DNA from: Sandaracinaceae bacterium
GTDB lineage: Bacteria > Myxococcota_A > Polyangia > Polyangiales > Houyiibacteriaceae
Direction: 5' to 3'
DNA: 64,000 bases
Assembly (NCBI GenBank): GCA_020633075.1
Contig: JACKEI010000003.1
Coordinates: 525,472 to 589,471 of the forward strand
Part shown: positions 38,901-48,453 of the stretch, in pieces
Position numbering within the stretch: position 1 is the first letter of the stretch
Layout: every line of letters starts with the position of its first letter
The notes under the pieces: generated by a model
Database searches by the model: none
Seen by the model: only the letters and a program-made list of their open reading frames with translations
What the model was told of the DNA's origin: nothing
Translations under genes and position numbers: made by a program

Positions 38901-39203
38901 ATGCTGGCCAACCGCGACCGCCTGCGGCCCATCCTCATGACCACCATCGCGTTCGTCGCGGGCATGGTGCCGCTTCTGCTCAGCAAGGGAGCCGGCAGCG
39001 GTACCAACCACGCCATCGCGGGCATCGTGCTGGGCGGTCAGACGCTGGCGCTGTTGCTCACGCTCGTGGGCACGCCGGTCATCTTCACCTGGCTGGATGA
39101 CATCTCGAAGGGGGCGTCGAAGCTGACGGCCCGTGTCCGTGCGCGCCTCGGCTGGGAGGACGCCGAGCGCGCGGCACCCCCGGAAGCCCCGCACGCGGCC
39201 TGA
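35970..39203 (+). CDS. RND efflux permease (AcrB/AcrD/AcrF family)
   Basis: 1077 aa from ATG 35970 (MQWLARVAVSRPVFTWVM). 12-TM architecture with two large periplasmic loops. Confidence 0.95.
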   Translation: MQWLARVAVSRPVFTWVMSLVLLVLGVASVGSLPVDRFPNIDVPYVTVVVPYPGASPAQVETEVTEIIEEAVGSVSGLSELRSTSYEGLAVVAVQFDLEKDGDVAAQEVRDRVNRVLAQLPDGVDPPRIEKLDPDAQPIYYVALRGPGTPQELTQFADDELKGPLEGLGGVGSVQILGGREREIGVQLDPARLQALGLSITDVSLALRRENLELPGGDVTNGASTRQVRVPGRVRSAAELSDLPVMQRDGHVIYLRDVATVTDDAAEAESLVTLDGEGIVMLTVTRQSGTNAIAVADRLAESIEGIRARLPAGYRADVVRDESTFSRTSVDAVKEHLVLGAIFAVLVVFSFLRNGRATVIAALAIPVSIIATFAVLNVLGLTLNMITLLALTLAVGIVIDDAIVVIENVIRFLEERKLAPREATIEATKEIGLAVLATTLSLVAVFLPVVFMGGIVGRFLSSFGITMSVAVLVSLFVAFSLTPMLSSKWLKRSGEGHSQRPHPTGVAAALTGREERARYREFLRGESGFNLQDGALERWYGKLLAFSMAHRWVVGLVMIAALAAIPVIGARVPTGFLPTDDEGRFEITVEAPQGTSLAETEIIAERLARQVRSLPEVEHTVLMVGSAAGDISGRGNHEALLYVGLVDQTERERSELEIEEYIRAEYLPGFTEHEQAKAEISRISGFGGSGPQSAPIQYLLRGPEFASLERYSDALATALGQQTGVSQADTTFREGRPELRVEIDRPRAAELGVTVSAIADTLRILVGGADVTNIAVGGNQYDVNLRAAEEFRRGAADLDRYEVRALDGRLVPLSQVAHVVDGVGPAAIEHVGRERSVMVYATTLPGASTAALIQTLDRTAAGLNMPPGYSTALTGQAREFGKAARGFAIAIVLSFIFMYLIIAAQFESWIYPLSILASLPLTVPFALLSVLIFGQSLNVYSMLGLLVLFGIVKKNSILQVDHTLTLLREGFSRPDAVMLANRDRLRPILMTTIAFVAGMVPLLLSKGAGSGTNHAIAGIVLGGQTLALLLTLVGTPVIFTWLDDISKGASKLTARVRARLGWEDAERAAPPEAPHAA

Positions 39204-39224
39204 GCACCGGACGTGGCGCCAGCC

Positions 39225-39773
39225 TCAGCGCTGGCTGAGCGCCATGTGCTGGTGCATCTCACGCGTGAGCCCCTCGATCTGCTGGCTGAGCTGGTGCGTG
39301 AGCTCGGTCAGCTCCGTGTTGCGCCTCATGAGCGCCACCAGCAGCTCGAGCTGCGCCACGCTGGCCGCCTCGCGCTGCGCCGCGTCGAGCGCGAGCGCCT
39401 CGCGGTGGTGGGCGTCGTTCTCGGCGCTGGCCTTGTCGCGGTCGGCCTGGCGGGTCTGCGCGAGCAGGATCAGGGGGGCCGCGTAGGCGGCTTGGAGGCT
39501 GAAGGCGAGGTTCAGCAGGATGAAGGGGTAGAGGTCGAAGTGCACCAGCCCCGCCGCGTTGAGCGTGATCCACACGAATACCACCGCGCTCTGTCCCAGC
39601 AGGAAGGTGGGCGTCCCGAAGAAGCGCGCGAAGCGCTCGGCCTTCGTGCCGAACGCATCCGCTCCGAAGACGGACGCGAGATGCACGCTCCGCAGATGGA
39701 AGCGGAGCGCGTGGGGAGCGGCGTGTGCAGCCGGCGCAGGGCTCGACGCCGACGGGGTGGTCTCGGTGTTCAT
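39225..39773 (-). CDS. DUF1003-family membrane protein
   Basis: Two TM helices (FLLGQSAVVFVWITLN; YPFILLNLAFSLQAAYAAPLILL) followed by a C-terminal coiled coil, as in DUF1003. Confidence 0.65.
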   Translation of the reverse strand: MNTETTPSASSPAPAAHAAPHALRFHLRSVHLASVFGADAFGTKAERFARFFGTPTFLLGQSAVVFVWITLNAAGLVHFDLYPFILLNLAFSLQAAYAAPLILLAQTRQADRDKASAENDAHHREALALDAAQREAASVAQLELLVALMRRNTELTELTHQLSQQIEGLTREMHQHMALSQR

Positions 39774-39813
39774 GCCACCAGATACGCCAGCCCGTCTGCG
39801 ACGTCGAGAGCGC

Positions 39814-40452
39814 TCAGCGGCCGCGCAGCACGATGCGCGCCATGGCGGCGCCCTTGCGCAGCTTGTCGCGCAGCCCCTCGGGAGCGCGCAGGTGGCGGTG
39901 CCCCGGCAGCAGCGTCTTGCTGCTCACCTTGGTGCGCACCTTCTCTGCGATGACCGGGTTCAGGTGCCCGTCCGCCGCGAGCTCTGCGAAGAGCGCGAAC
40001 ACGTTGCCCAGGTCGAAGAAGTCGCGCTGCTCCGCGAACTTGCCGTCGCCGCCGTAGCGAAACCACGAGCCCCCCACGCCGGCGACCTCGTAGTCGCTCC
40101 CGTCGGCGCGCTTGACCGGCGCGACCTGCCGCCAGAAGGCGATGATCTCCCCCAGCGTCTCGTCGATCAGCACGCGCTCGTACGGGTACTCCCAGCCCTC
40201 GAAGCCCTTCATCTGGTAGCCGATGGCGAGCTCCTCAATCTGCCGCCGACCGCGCGCCTCGAACTCCTCGTTGGGGCCGATGTTCCAGCGGTAGACGGCG
40301 TCGTCCGTGTAGAACGGACCGAGGTGGGCGATCCAGTCGCCGGCCGCCTCGGCGCGACGATTGGCCTCGAGCCACGCGTCCATGGTCTGCTCCAGCTCCG
40401 CACGGGTGAACGTGCGGGCCGGCTTGGGGTTGATGGCCTTGACGGTGGTCAT
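39814..40452 (-). CDS. NTF2-like (SnoaL-type) superfamily protein
   Basis: 212 aa from ATG 40452 (AGGAG upstream). Cone-fold-like pattern (WLEANRRAEAAGDW...VYRWN...IIAFWRQV). Weak call. Confidence 0.55.
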   Translation of the reverse strand: MTTVKAINPKPARTFTRAELEQTMDAWLEANRRAEAAGDWIAHLGPFYTDDAVYRWNIGPNEEFEARGRRQIEELAIGYQMKGFEGWEYPYERVLIDETLGEIIAFWRQVAPVKRADGSDYEVAGVGGSWFRYGGDGKFAEQRDFFDLGNVFALFAELAADGHLNPVIAEKVRTKVSSKTLLPGHRHLRAPEGLRDKLRKGAAMARIVLRGR

Positions 40453-40492
40453 GGGAGCTCCTGCCGCTGGGGGAGGCGTGGCCTCATGGGGC

Positions 40493-40987
40493 TCAGCCGG
40501 CGGCGAGCGCCGCGTCGTAGTTGGGCTCTTGGACGATCTCGGGGACGAGCTCGCTGTAGACGACCTTGTTGTCGCCATCGATCACCAGGACGGCGCGCGC
40601 CGTCAGCCCCTTGAGCGGGCCCCCGGTCATGGTGAGGCCGTAGTCGTCGCTGAAGCTGCTGCGGAACGACGACAGGGTCACCACGCCTTCGATGCCTTCG
40701 GCACCGCAGAAGCGCTTCTGCGCGAACGGCAGGTCCGCGCTGATGGCCAGCACGACAGCGCCGTCCTTGCCGGCGGCCTTCTGGTTGAAGGCCCGCGCGG
40801 TCGCCTGACACACGCCCGTGTCGTAGCTCGGGTTGATGGTGAGGATCTTGGTCTTGCCGGCGAAGTCCGCGAGGGTCTTCTCGCTGAGGTCGGCCGCGAC
40901 GAGGGTGAAGTCGGGGGCGTTGCTGCCCACCGCGGGGAGCTCGCCGTTGGTGGAGATGGAGTTGCCCTTGAACGTGATATTGGCCAT
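40493..40987 (-). CDS. tpx: Thiol peroxidase (atypical 2-Cys peroxiredoxin Tpx)
   Basis: MANITFKGN...APDFTLV...SYDTGVCQ (peroxidatic Cys) ...RFCGAEG (resolving Cys). 164 aa. Confidence 0.9.
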   Translation of the reverse strand: MANITFKGNSISTNGELPAVGSNAPDFTLVAADLSEKTLADFAGKTKILTINPSYDTGVCQATARAFNQKAAGKDGAVVLAISADLPFAQKRFCGAEGIEGVVTLSSFRSSFSDDYGLTMTGGPLKGLTARAVLVIDGDNKVVYSELVPEIVQEPNYDAALAAG

Positions 40988-40996
40988 CGGTGGAGC

Positions 40997-42688
40997 TTAC
41001 TTTCGGTGTTCGATTTCGGGAGCGCGCTTGAAGAACGCGTTCGTGCTTGGGTCGTTGTAGGTCTTGTAGTCGATGAGCCAGGGCTCGACGGTCATGTCCT
41101 CCCCGACGTAGGTCACGGTCATCGACTTGGGGGTCACGCTGCGATAGCTCGAATCGGGCGGCAGGTCACCGTTGTCCATGCCTCCCGCCGAGAAGAGCGT
41201 CATCAGCGTGATGTTCTCGTCGTCGTAGTTCTTCAGGAAGCCGTCGTCCACCTTCTCGTGGCCGCGGATGAGCGTGTTGCAGCCCATGCGGTTGAGGAAG
41301 CGGGTGGCCTGCAGGCGCCCGAAGGGGAAGCGCGCCGACTGCTCCTGCAGCTCCGCGGGGATGACGTCGGCCGAGCTCGGGTCGCTCCACATCATCTGGA
41401 AGCGCATGTCCGGGTCGTTCAGCGCCGACATGTCGTGCCACTTCTCCTTGAGCAGGCGGTCGCGCGGGATGCCGGCGTGCACGAACATGGTGCGCCCGAA
41501 GAGCAGCACGTTGGGCATGCGGTCGAAGAGCTTCATGTAGTGCTGGAAGACCTCCACCGGGAGGTGCGGCTTGAGCGTGTTGATGGCCTCCGCCGGCTTC
41601 ACGCCCCCGAAGATCTGCCCCTTGTACTCCAGGTAGTACTCGTGGTTGCCGCGCAGGACGTAGACGTGGTCCGGCGCGGTCACGAAGATCTGCATCACGC
41701 TGCGCAGCACGCCGTTGAGGCTGAACATGCCGCGGTCGATGTAGTCGCCCAGCAGCACCAGGATGGGCTTCTTCAGGCCGGTCGGGTTGGCCTTGTAGGC
41801 GGCCACCTTCGCGAAGAAGTCCGCCTGCATGACGGCGCCCTTCAGGCAGCTGTAGCAGCCGTGCACGTCACCCAGCACCGTCAGCTCGTACCCGGGGCAG
41901 TTGGGGTCGATGGGGTGCACGTAGGTGTGGCCGTCCAAGAACGGCTCCTGCCCCACGAAGGCGTCCACCTTCTGCATGCCGCCTAGCTTGCCAGCGCCCT
42001 TCTCGCCCTGCTTCGCGAGCAGGTCGATCATGGTGTCGATCAGCGCGCGGTCGCCCTGGATCTGCTGCTTGATGGTCTCGGGATCCGCGGAGTAGTGGTG
42101 CTCGAACTGATCGAAGAAGGGGTGCGTGACCTGCGACGCGCGCATGTCGATCGGCTCGTCGGAGATCCGCACCTTCTTGTCCGCGTCGCTCACGGCGATG
42201 TCGATGTCGATGTCGCTCTCGAACAGGTCGATCAGCTCGTTGCGGAACTTCAGCTCGGCCGGGTGCAGCTCACCGTCCGCCGCGATCAGGTCGTCCATCG
42301 CGTCGATGAGCACCTTCTGGTTGTCCTCGTCGAACTCCTGGAACAGCTCGAAACAGCGCAACTTCAGCTTCGCGTGGATGAACGCGTCCTGGTCCTCGTC
42401 CTTGGCGACGGCTTCGGTGAACAGCTCGCGCACGTGTCGGTCGATGCCCTCGAAGACCTCGTGGAAGTGCTGCGTGAACTTGCCGACCAGCTCTGCCCGC
42501 AGCGCCGCGTCTGCGTTCGGCATGCCGGTGGTGACGCGCGCCTCGACCAACTTCCGGATGTAGTCCCGGACGAAGTCCTTCTCGCTGCTGTCGAAGTCAC
42601 CGTCGATGTATCCGAACGTAGTCAGGTAGAAGATGATCGCCTGCATCTGCCGCTCGGCGGTCTTGGGATCCGTGCTGAACTTGAGCAT
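40997..42688 (-). CDS. TerB-like N-terminal domain fused to a PPP-family (PP1/2A/2B-type) Ser/Thr phosphoprotein phosphatase
   Basis: 563 aa from ATG 42688. Two TerB-like DG-x4-E elements (FGYIDGDFDSSEKDF; LIAADGELHPAELKF). PPP motifs GDVHG, GDYIDRG, RGNHE, HAG, RGH. The track ORF run-on to 43591 was rejected. Confidence 0.8.
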   Translation of the reverse strand: MLKFSTDPKTAERQMQAIIFYLTTFGYIDGDFDSSEKDFVRDYIRKLVEARVTTGMPNADAALRAELVGKFTQHFHEVFEGIDRHVRELFTEAVAKDEDQDAFIHAKLKLRCFELFQEFDEDNQKVLIDAMDDLIAADGELHPAELKFRNELIDLFESDIDIDIAVSDADKKVRISDEPIDMRASQVTHPFFDQFEHHYSADPETIKQQIQGDRALIDTMIDLLAKQGEKGAGKLGGMQKVDAFVGQEPFLDGHTYVHPIDPNCPGYELTVLGDVHGCYSCLKGAVMQADFFAKVAAYKANPTGLKKPILVLLGDYIDRGMFSLNGVLRSVMQIFVTAPDHVYVLRGNHEYYLEYKGQIFGGVKPAEAINTLKPHLPVEVFQHYMKLFDRMPNVLLFGRTMFVHAGIPRDRLLKEKWHDMSALNDPDMRFQMMWSDPSSADVIPAELQEQSARFPFGRLQATRFLNRMGCNTLIRGHEKVDDGFLKNYDDENITLMTLFSAGGMDNGDLPPDSSYRSVTPKSMTVTYVGEDMTVEPWLIDYKTYNDPSTNAFFKRAPEIEHRK

Positions 42689-42712
42689 GTCGAGATGATA
42701 CACTGATCCGAG

Positions 42713-43726
42713 ATGTTCAAGCGTTCCCGTGCGCCCAAGGATGTGCTCGCCGAAGTGGAGCGCCGTGAGAAGGAGGCCAAGCGCCTCGGGTTGCTGCCCC
42801 GCATGTTCCGCGGCGGAGACTTCGAGGTCCGTCGCTTCGCGGGCCCCGAGCGCTGGGTGCAGCAGCTGGGCGGTCTGCGCGTGACGCACCTCACGGACCT
42901 GCACGTCGGGCGCGTGACGCCCATGGACGTGCAGCGTGAGGCCGTCGCCATCACCAACGGGCAGGCCGCCGACCTCGTCGTCCTCACCGGGGACTTCGTC
43001 TGTCACAGCCTCAACTACCTGGACGAGCTGACGGACACGCTGAAGGGGCTGGAGGCGCCGGCCATCGCCGTCCTCGGCAACCATGACTACTGGGCGGGGG
43101 GCGAGGAGGTGCAGCGGGCGCTCGAGCGGGCCGGTGTGCTGGTGCTCCGCAATGAGCACACGCTGCTCACGCTGCGCGGCGAGAAGCTGCAGGTCGTCGG
43201 CCTGGACGACGCCTACACGGGCCACGCGGACCTGCGCGCGGCGACCCGCGGCTTGCGCACGGACGTACCCACGCTGGGCCTCAGCCACATCGGCGAGGAG
43301 GCGGACGCGCTGTGGGACAAAGGCGCCGCGCTGGTCCTCGCGGGGCACACCCACGCCGGGCAGGTCACGCTCGCGGGGCTGCACGAGCTCGCGGTGGGCA
43401 AGCTGGCCGGTCACAAGTACGTGCACGGCATCTACGGGTCGCGGCGCGCCGAGACCGCGCCGGCCGGCGCGCTGTACGTGGGGGCAGGGGTGGGCGCCGC
43501 GGTCATGCCCCTGCGCCTTGGAGAACGCGCACGCCGCGAGGTGACGTCGTTCGAGCTGGGCCACGCGCCGGGGACGCTGGACGAGCACCACGACGACCAG
43601 CCGGCCCTGAAGGGGCGCGCCCCCACCGCGGCCACGCGGGCGCGCCGCGCCGCCGCGGTCGTGAAAAAGAAGGAAAAAAGGGCTGCCAAGAACGGCGGTT
43701 CCACTTTCCGGCTCGACGAGAAGTGA
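42713..43726 (+). CDS. Calcineurin-like metallophosphoesterase (YaeI/YkuE-type) with a basic C-terminal tail
   Basis: DLHVG, TGDFV, GNHD, GHTHAG motifs in order. K/R-rich C-terminus (RRAAAVVKKKEKRAAKNGG). Confidence 0.8.
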   Translation: MFKRSRAPKDVLAEVERREKEAKRLGLLPRMFRGGDFEVRRFAGPERWVQQLGGLRVTHLTDLHVGRVTPMDVQREAVAITNGQAADLVVLTGDFVCHSLNYLDELTDTLKGLEAPAIAVLGNHDYWAGGEEVQRALERAGVLVLRNEHTLLTLRGEKLQVVGLDDAYTGHADLRAATRGLRTDVPTLGLSHIGEEADALWDKGAALVLAGHTHAGQVTLAGLHELAVGKLAGHKYVHGIYGSRRAETAPAGALYVGAGVGAAVMPLRLGERARREVTSFELGHAPGTLDEHHDDQPALKGRAPTAATRARRAAAVVKKKEKRAAKNGGSTFRLDEK

Positions 43727-43750
43727 AACACGTTCTACTTTGCGAGGGCT

Positions 43751-45412
43751 ATGAGCTCACGCAAGTCATCCGCCCGCTCTCGTTCCGCCGCGCCAGACCC
43801 CGCGCTCCCGCCGCTCGTCATCGACGACGCCGCCTCTGAGCGCTGGGACGAGAGCGCGGAGCTGTTGGTCGTCGGCTTCGGAGGCGCTGGGGCCTGCGCC
43901 GCCATCCAGGCCCGCGAGCTGGGGCTGGACGTGCTGGTCATCGACCGCTTCCACGGTGGCGGTGCCACGGCCATCAGCGGCGGCGTCTTCTACTCCGGTG
44001 GGGGCACGCACATCCAGCGCGAGGCGGGCGTGGATGACAGCGTCGACGAGATGGTGAAGTACCTCTCCATGGAGACGCAGGGCGTGGTCAGCGACGAGCT
44101 GCTGCGCGAGTTCTGCGAGGGCAGCGCCGACACGCTGCGCTGGCTGGAGCGCTACGGTGTGCCCTTCGAGGCCAGCCTGTGCCCCTTCAAGACCAGCTAC
44201 CCGCTCGACAAGTACTACCTCTACTACTCGGGCAACGAGGGCCTCGCGCCGTTCAAGGAGAAGGCCAAGCCCGCGCCCCGAGGCCACCGCGCCAAGGGCA
44301 AGGGCCTGCCGGGCGCTTCCTTTTACGACCCGCTGCGCGACTCGGCGCTGCGGCTCGGGGCCCGCACCATGACCGAGACGCGCGTCACTCGGCTGATCAC
44401 GGACCGCGACGGAGCGGTTGTCGGCGTCGAAGCCCAACGCCTGGAGGGCACGTGGGCGCGCGTGCATCAGGAGCTCCACAAGCGCGGCATCCAGATCGTG
44501 CCCTACAACCCGGGCCTCGCGAACAAGCTGCGCGAGCAGTGCTTCGAGATCGAGAAGACGCGCAGCAAGACCATCCGCCTGCGTGGCACCAAGGGTGTGG
44601 TGCTCGCGGCCGGTGGCTTCGTCTACAACCGGGCGATGATCGACGAGCACGCGCCCGCTTACCGCAAGGGCATGCCGCTCGGTACGCCTGCGGACAACGG
44701 CAGCGGCATCCTCCTGGGCCAGAGCGTGGGCGGCGACATCGACCGCATGGGGCGCGTCAGCGCGTGGCGCTTCATCAACCCGCCCATGGCCTTCGCGCAC
44801 GGCATGATCGTGAACAAGCAGGGCGAGCGCTACATCAACGAGATGCGCTACGGGGCCGCGATCGGCGAGGCCATGGTGGACCAGAACGAGGGCACGGCGC
44901 TGCTGATCATCGACCAGCACCTCAAGGACCTCGCGCGCGAGCAGTCCCGTCCGGGGGAGGCGCAGTGGTTCCAGCGCGCTCCGGCGTTGCTCAACCTGTG
45001 GTTCAACTCCCGTCGCGGCGAGACCATCGAGGACCTGGCGCGTCTGATCAAGGTGCCGCCCGACGCCCTGCGCGCCACCCTCGATGCGTACAACCAGGTG
45101 GCCGAGAGTCAGCAGAGCGACGAGTTCGGCAAGACCCCGGACACCATGCGCGCGATGCGCCGCGGGCCCTACTACGCCATCGACTGCTCCATCTACAGCA
45201 AGCGCTTCCCCTGCCCGACCCTCACGCTGGGCGGCCTCGTGGTGGATGAGCAGAGCGGCTTGGTGAAGCGCGAGGACGGGAGCACCGTCAAGGGGCTCTA
45301 CGCCGCCGGCCGCACGGCGGTGGGCATCTGCTCGCGGCAGTACGTCAGCGGTCTGAGCATCGCCGACTGCGTGTTCTCGGGGCGGCGCGCGGCACGCCAC
45401 GCGGCCGGCTGA
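43751..45412 (+). CDS. FAD-dependent oxidoreductase (fumarate reductase/KstD-like flavoprotein family)
   Basis: Dinucleotide-binding VVGFGGAGACAAIQARELG...GGG. C-terminal GLYAAGR FAD motif. 553 aa. Confidence 0.8.
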   Translation: MSSRKSSARSRSAAPDPALPPLVIDDAASERWDESAELLVVGFGGAGACAAIQARELGLDVLVIDRFHGGGATAISGGVFYSGGGTHIQREAGVDDSVDEMVKYLSMETQGVVSDELLREFCEGSADTLRWLERYGVPFEASLCPFKTSYPLDKYYLYYSGNEGLAPFKEKAKPAPRGHRAKGKGLPGASFYDPLRDSALRLGARTMTETRVTRLITDRDGAVVGVEAQRLEGTWARVHQELHKRGIQIVPYNPGLANKLREQCFEIEKTRSKTIRLRGTKGVVLAAGGFVYNRAMIDEHAPAYRKGMPLGTPADNGSGILLGQSVGGDIDRMGRVSAWRFINPPMAFAHGMIVNKQGERYINEMRYGAAIGEAMVDQNEGTALLIIDQHLKDLAREQSRPGEAQWFQRAPALLNLWFNSRRGETIEDLARLIKVPPDALRATLDAYNQVAESQQSDEFGKTPDTMRAMRRGPYYAIDCSIYSKRFPCPTLTLGGLVVDEQSGLVKREDGSTVKGLYAAGRTAVGICSRQYVSGLSIADCVFSGRRAARHAAG

Positions 45413-45416
45413 GGCG

Positions 45417-46121
45417 CTACTCGTCTCGCTCGGAGTCGTCGTCCACGTGCTCGGCCGACGACGGGCCGAGGCGCGTGATGGCCTCTTCGCAGTACTGCCG
45501 GTAGCTCGCCACCTCGAGCGCGCCGACTCCTGCGAGGAGGCAGCGCTCGAAGGCGCGGCGGGCCTGCTCCAGCAAGAACTCGATCCGCTCGGGGGGCGCG
45601 GCCCGCACGTCCGCGCGCGGGTTCGACGGGACGGGAATGCGCACCCCCCGCAGCTGCAGCGCCGTGTCCTCGTACAGGTAGCCCAGCAGCGCGGACGCGA
45701 TCAGGTGTTCTTCGCGCTCACCCGCCCGGAGCGCCCGGAGCTCGATGCGGCACGACGCCAAGATGTCGCTGCGGAGCGCGACCCAGGGTCGCAGCGCGCC
45801 CTCGGCCCAGGCGTCGATGTCCGCGCGCGTGGCGTGCTCCGGCAGCGGCTCGAGGGGGGACTCGCTGGCCAGCAGGGCTAGGCGGTACACCCGCTGGAAG
45901 CGGGCCGTCGTGCTCCCCAGGCGCAGCGGCAGGTACGGCATGTCCGCGATGCCGGGGCTCTCGTCGGTGGGCTCGGTGCTCGCGGGCGCCCGCTGAATGC
46001 CCGCGCCGGTGCTCTCCGCCGCGCTGGGCTCAGGGACGCCCCCGCCGCAGCCCGTGATCAGCAGCCCGGCCGCGAGCGCTAGGCTCGCGAGCAAGGCGCG
46101 GGTGCGGCGCGCAGCCCACAA
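45417..46121 (-). CDS. Hypothetical lipoprotein
   Basis: From TTG 46121 the N-terminus reads (M)WAARRTRALLASLALAAGLLITGCGG, a classic lipoprotein signal. The track ORF start (GTG 46235) would overlap atpC by 49 nt. The start is uncertain. Confidence 0.45.
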   Translation of the reverse strand: MWAARRTRALLASLALAAGLLITGCGGGVPEPSAAESTGAGIQRAPASTEPTDESPGIADMPYLPLRLGSTTARFQRVYRLALLASESPLEPLPEHATRADIDAWAEGALRPWVALRSDILASCRIELRALRAGEREEHLIASALLGYLYEDTALQLRGVRIPVPSNPRADVRAAPPERIEFLLEQARRAFERCLLAGVGALEVASYRQYCEEAITRLGPSSAEHVDDDSERDE

Positions 46122-46186
46122 CGAGCAACGCGCCCGGCGGCGGGGGCCACGGGGCGCGTCAACGTCGAACCGGCTGGTCAAGAGCC

Positions 46187-46609
46187 TCAGCGGGCCGAGG
46201 CCATTTCGTGCGCCTTGATCCGCGCCTCGGCCCACTCCTTGTCGCGCTCGAGCTCGGCGAACTCGGGGCCCTCGTGGCGCTCACCGAACGCACGCAAGGC
46301 CTCGTTGGCGGCCGTGTACTCGGCCTTGACCACCGACAGGTCGATGTCCTCGGGGGTCGCGATCATGTCGGTCAGCAGGAGCACCTTGTCCGGGCCTGCC
46401 TCGACGAAGCCGGGGCCGATGGCGGCCACGTGCTTCTTGCCGTTGGCGACGTACTCGAGCACGCCGCAGCGCAGCGCGGCCAGGAGCGGAAGGTGGCCCG
46501 GCAGGACGCCGAACTCACCGCGCACGCTGGGCGCCGCCACGGAGGTCGCGTCGGTCTTGAGCGCGAGCCCGGTGGGGGTGGCCACTTCGAGGTTCAGTAC
46601 GGCGGCCAT
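46187..46609 (-). CDS. atpC: F1 ATP synthase subunit epsilon
   Basis: 140 aa: beta-sandwich plus helical hairpin (VAAPSVRGEFGVLPGHLPLL). Directly follows atpD. Confidence 0.9.
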   Translation of the reverse strand: MAAVLNLEVATPTGLALKTDATSVAAPSVRGEFGVLPGHLPLLAALRCGVLEYVANGKKHVAAIGPGFVEAGPDKVLLLTDMIATPEDIDLSVVKAEYTAANEALRAFGERHEGPEFAELERDKEWAEARIKAHEMASAR

Positions 46610-46612
46610 GGG

Positions 46613-48067
<1,455 letters not shown>

Positions 48068-48453
48068 CTATTGAGGAAAATGGGGCTAGCGTCGGCCGTC
48101 CGGTCTGACGCGGGCCGTGAGCGGGTCCAGCGAGCGCCAAACCGGCGAGAAGTGAAGGGGGCGGGTGCGGGGCCGAGGGCCCTCCGCGAGCGCGCCGCAT
48201 CTAGCACGCGTGCCCGGGGCGGTCAACGGAGAGAGACTGAGGATGAGCGGTGCGCAAACAAGACGACTTTTTTCAGATCCGGTCTTGTGGGCGCTGCGTC
48301 ACATGGCCTAGGGTCGCACCTTCCGGCGGTCCATAACCGTTGTGGCTGTACGAATAATGCACCATCTCGCAAAAATAGTTGCGAATGTCACCCCGCCAGA
48401 TGACAATGGCCCCAAAGGTTTCGTCCCACGGGGGAATCGAAAAACCAAGATTC

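Noticed and set aside
40997-42688. Lower GC of the TerB/PPP phosphatase gene as evidence of horizontal transfer.
   Set aside because: Third codon positions remain G/C-rich (AAG, TTC, GAC, ATC, TAC). The dip comes from Lys/Phe/Asp/Ile/Tyr-rich protein composition, and there are no mobility genes nearby.
42689-43591. Upstream extension of the phosphatase ORF (the track gives 40997..43591, 864 aa).
   Set aside because: The extension is antisense to a motif-bearing metallophosphoesterase gene (42713..43726) and has shadow-ORF composition. The conserved protein begins at MLKFSTDPK (ATG 42688).
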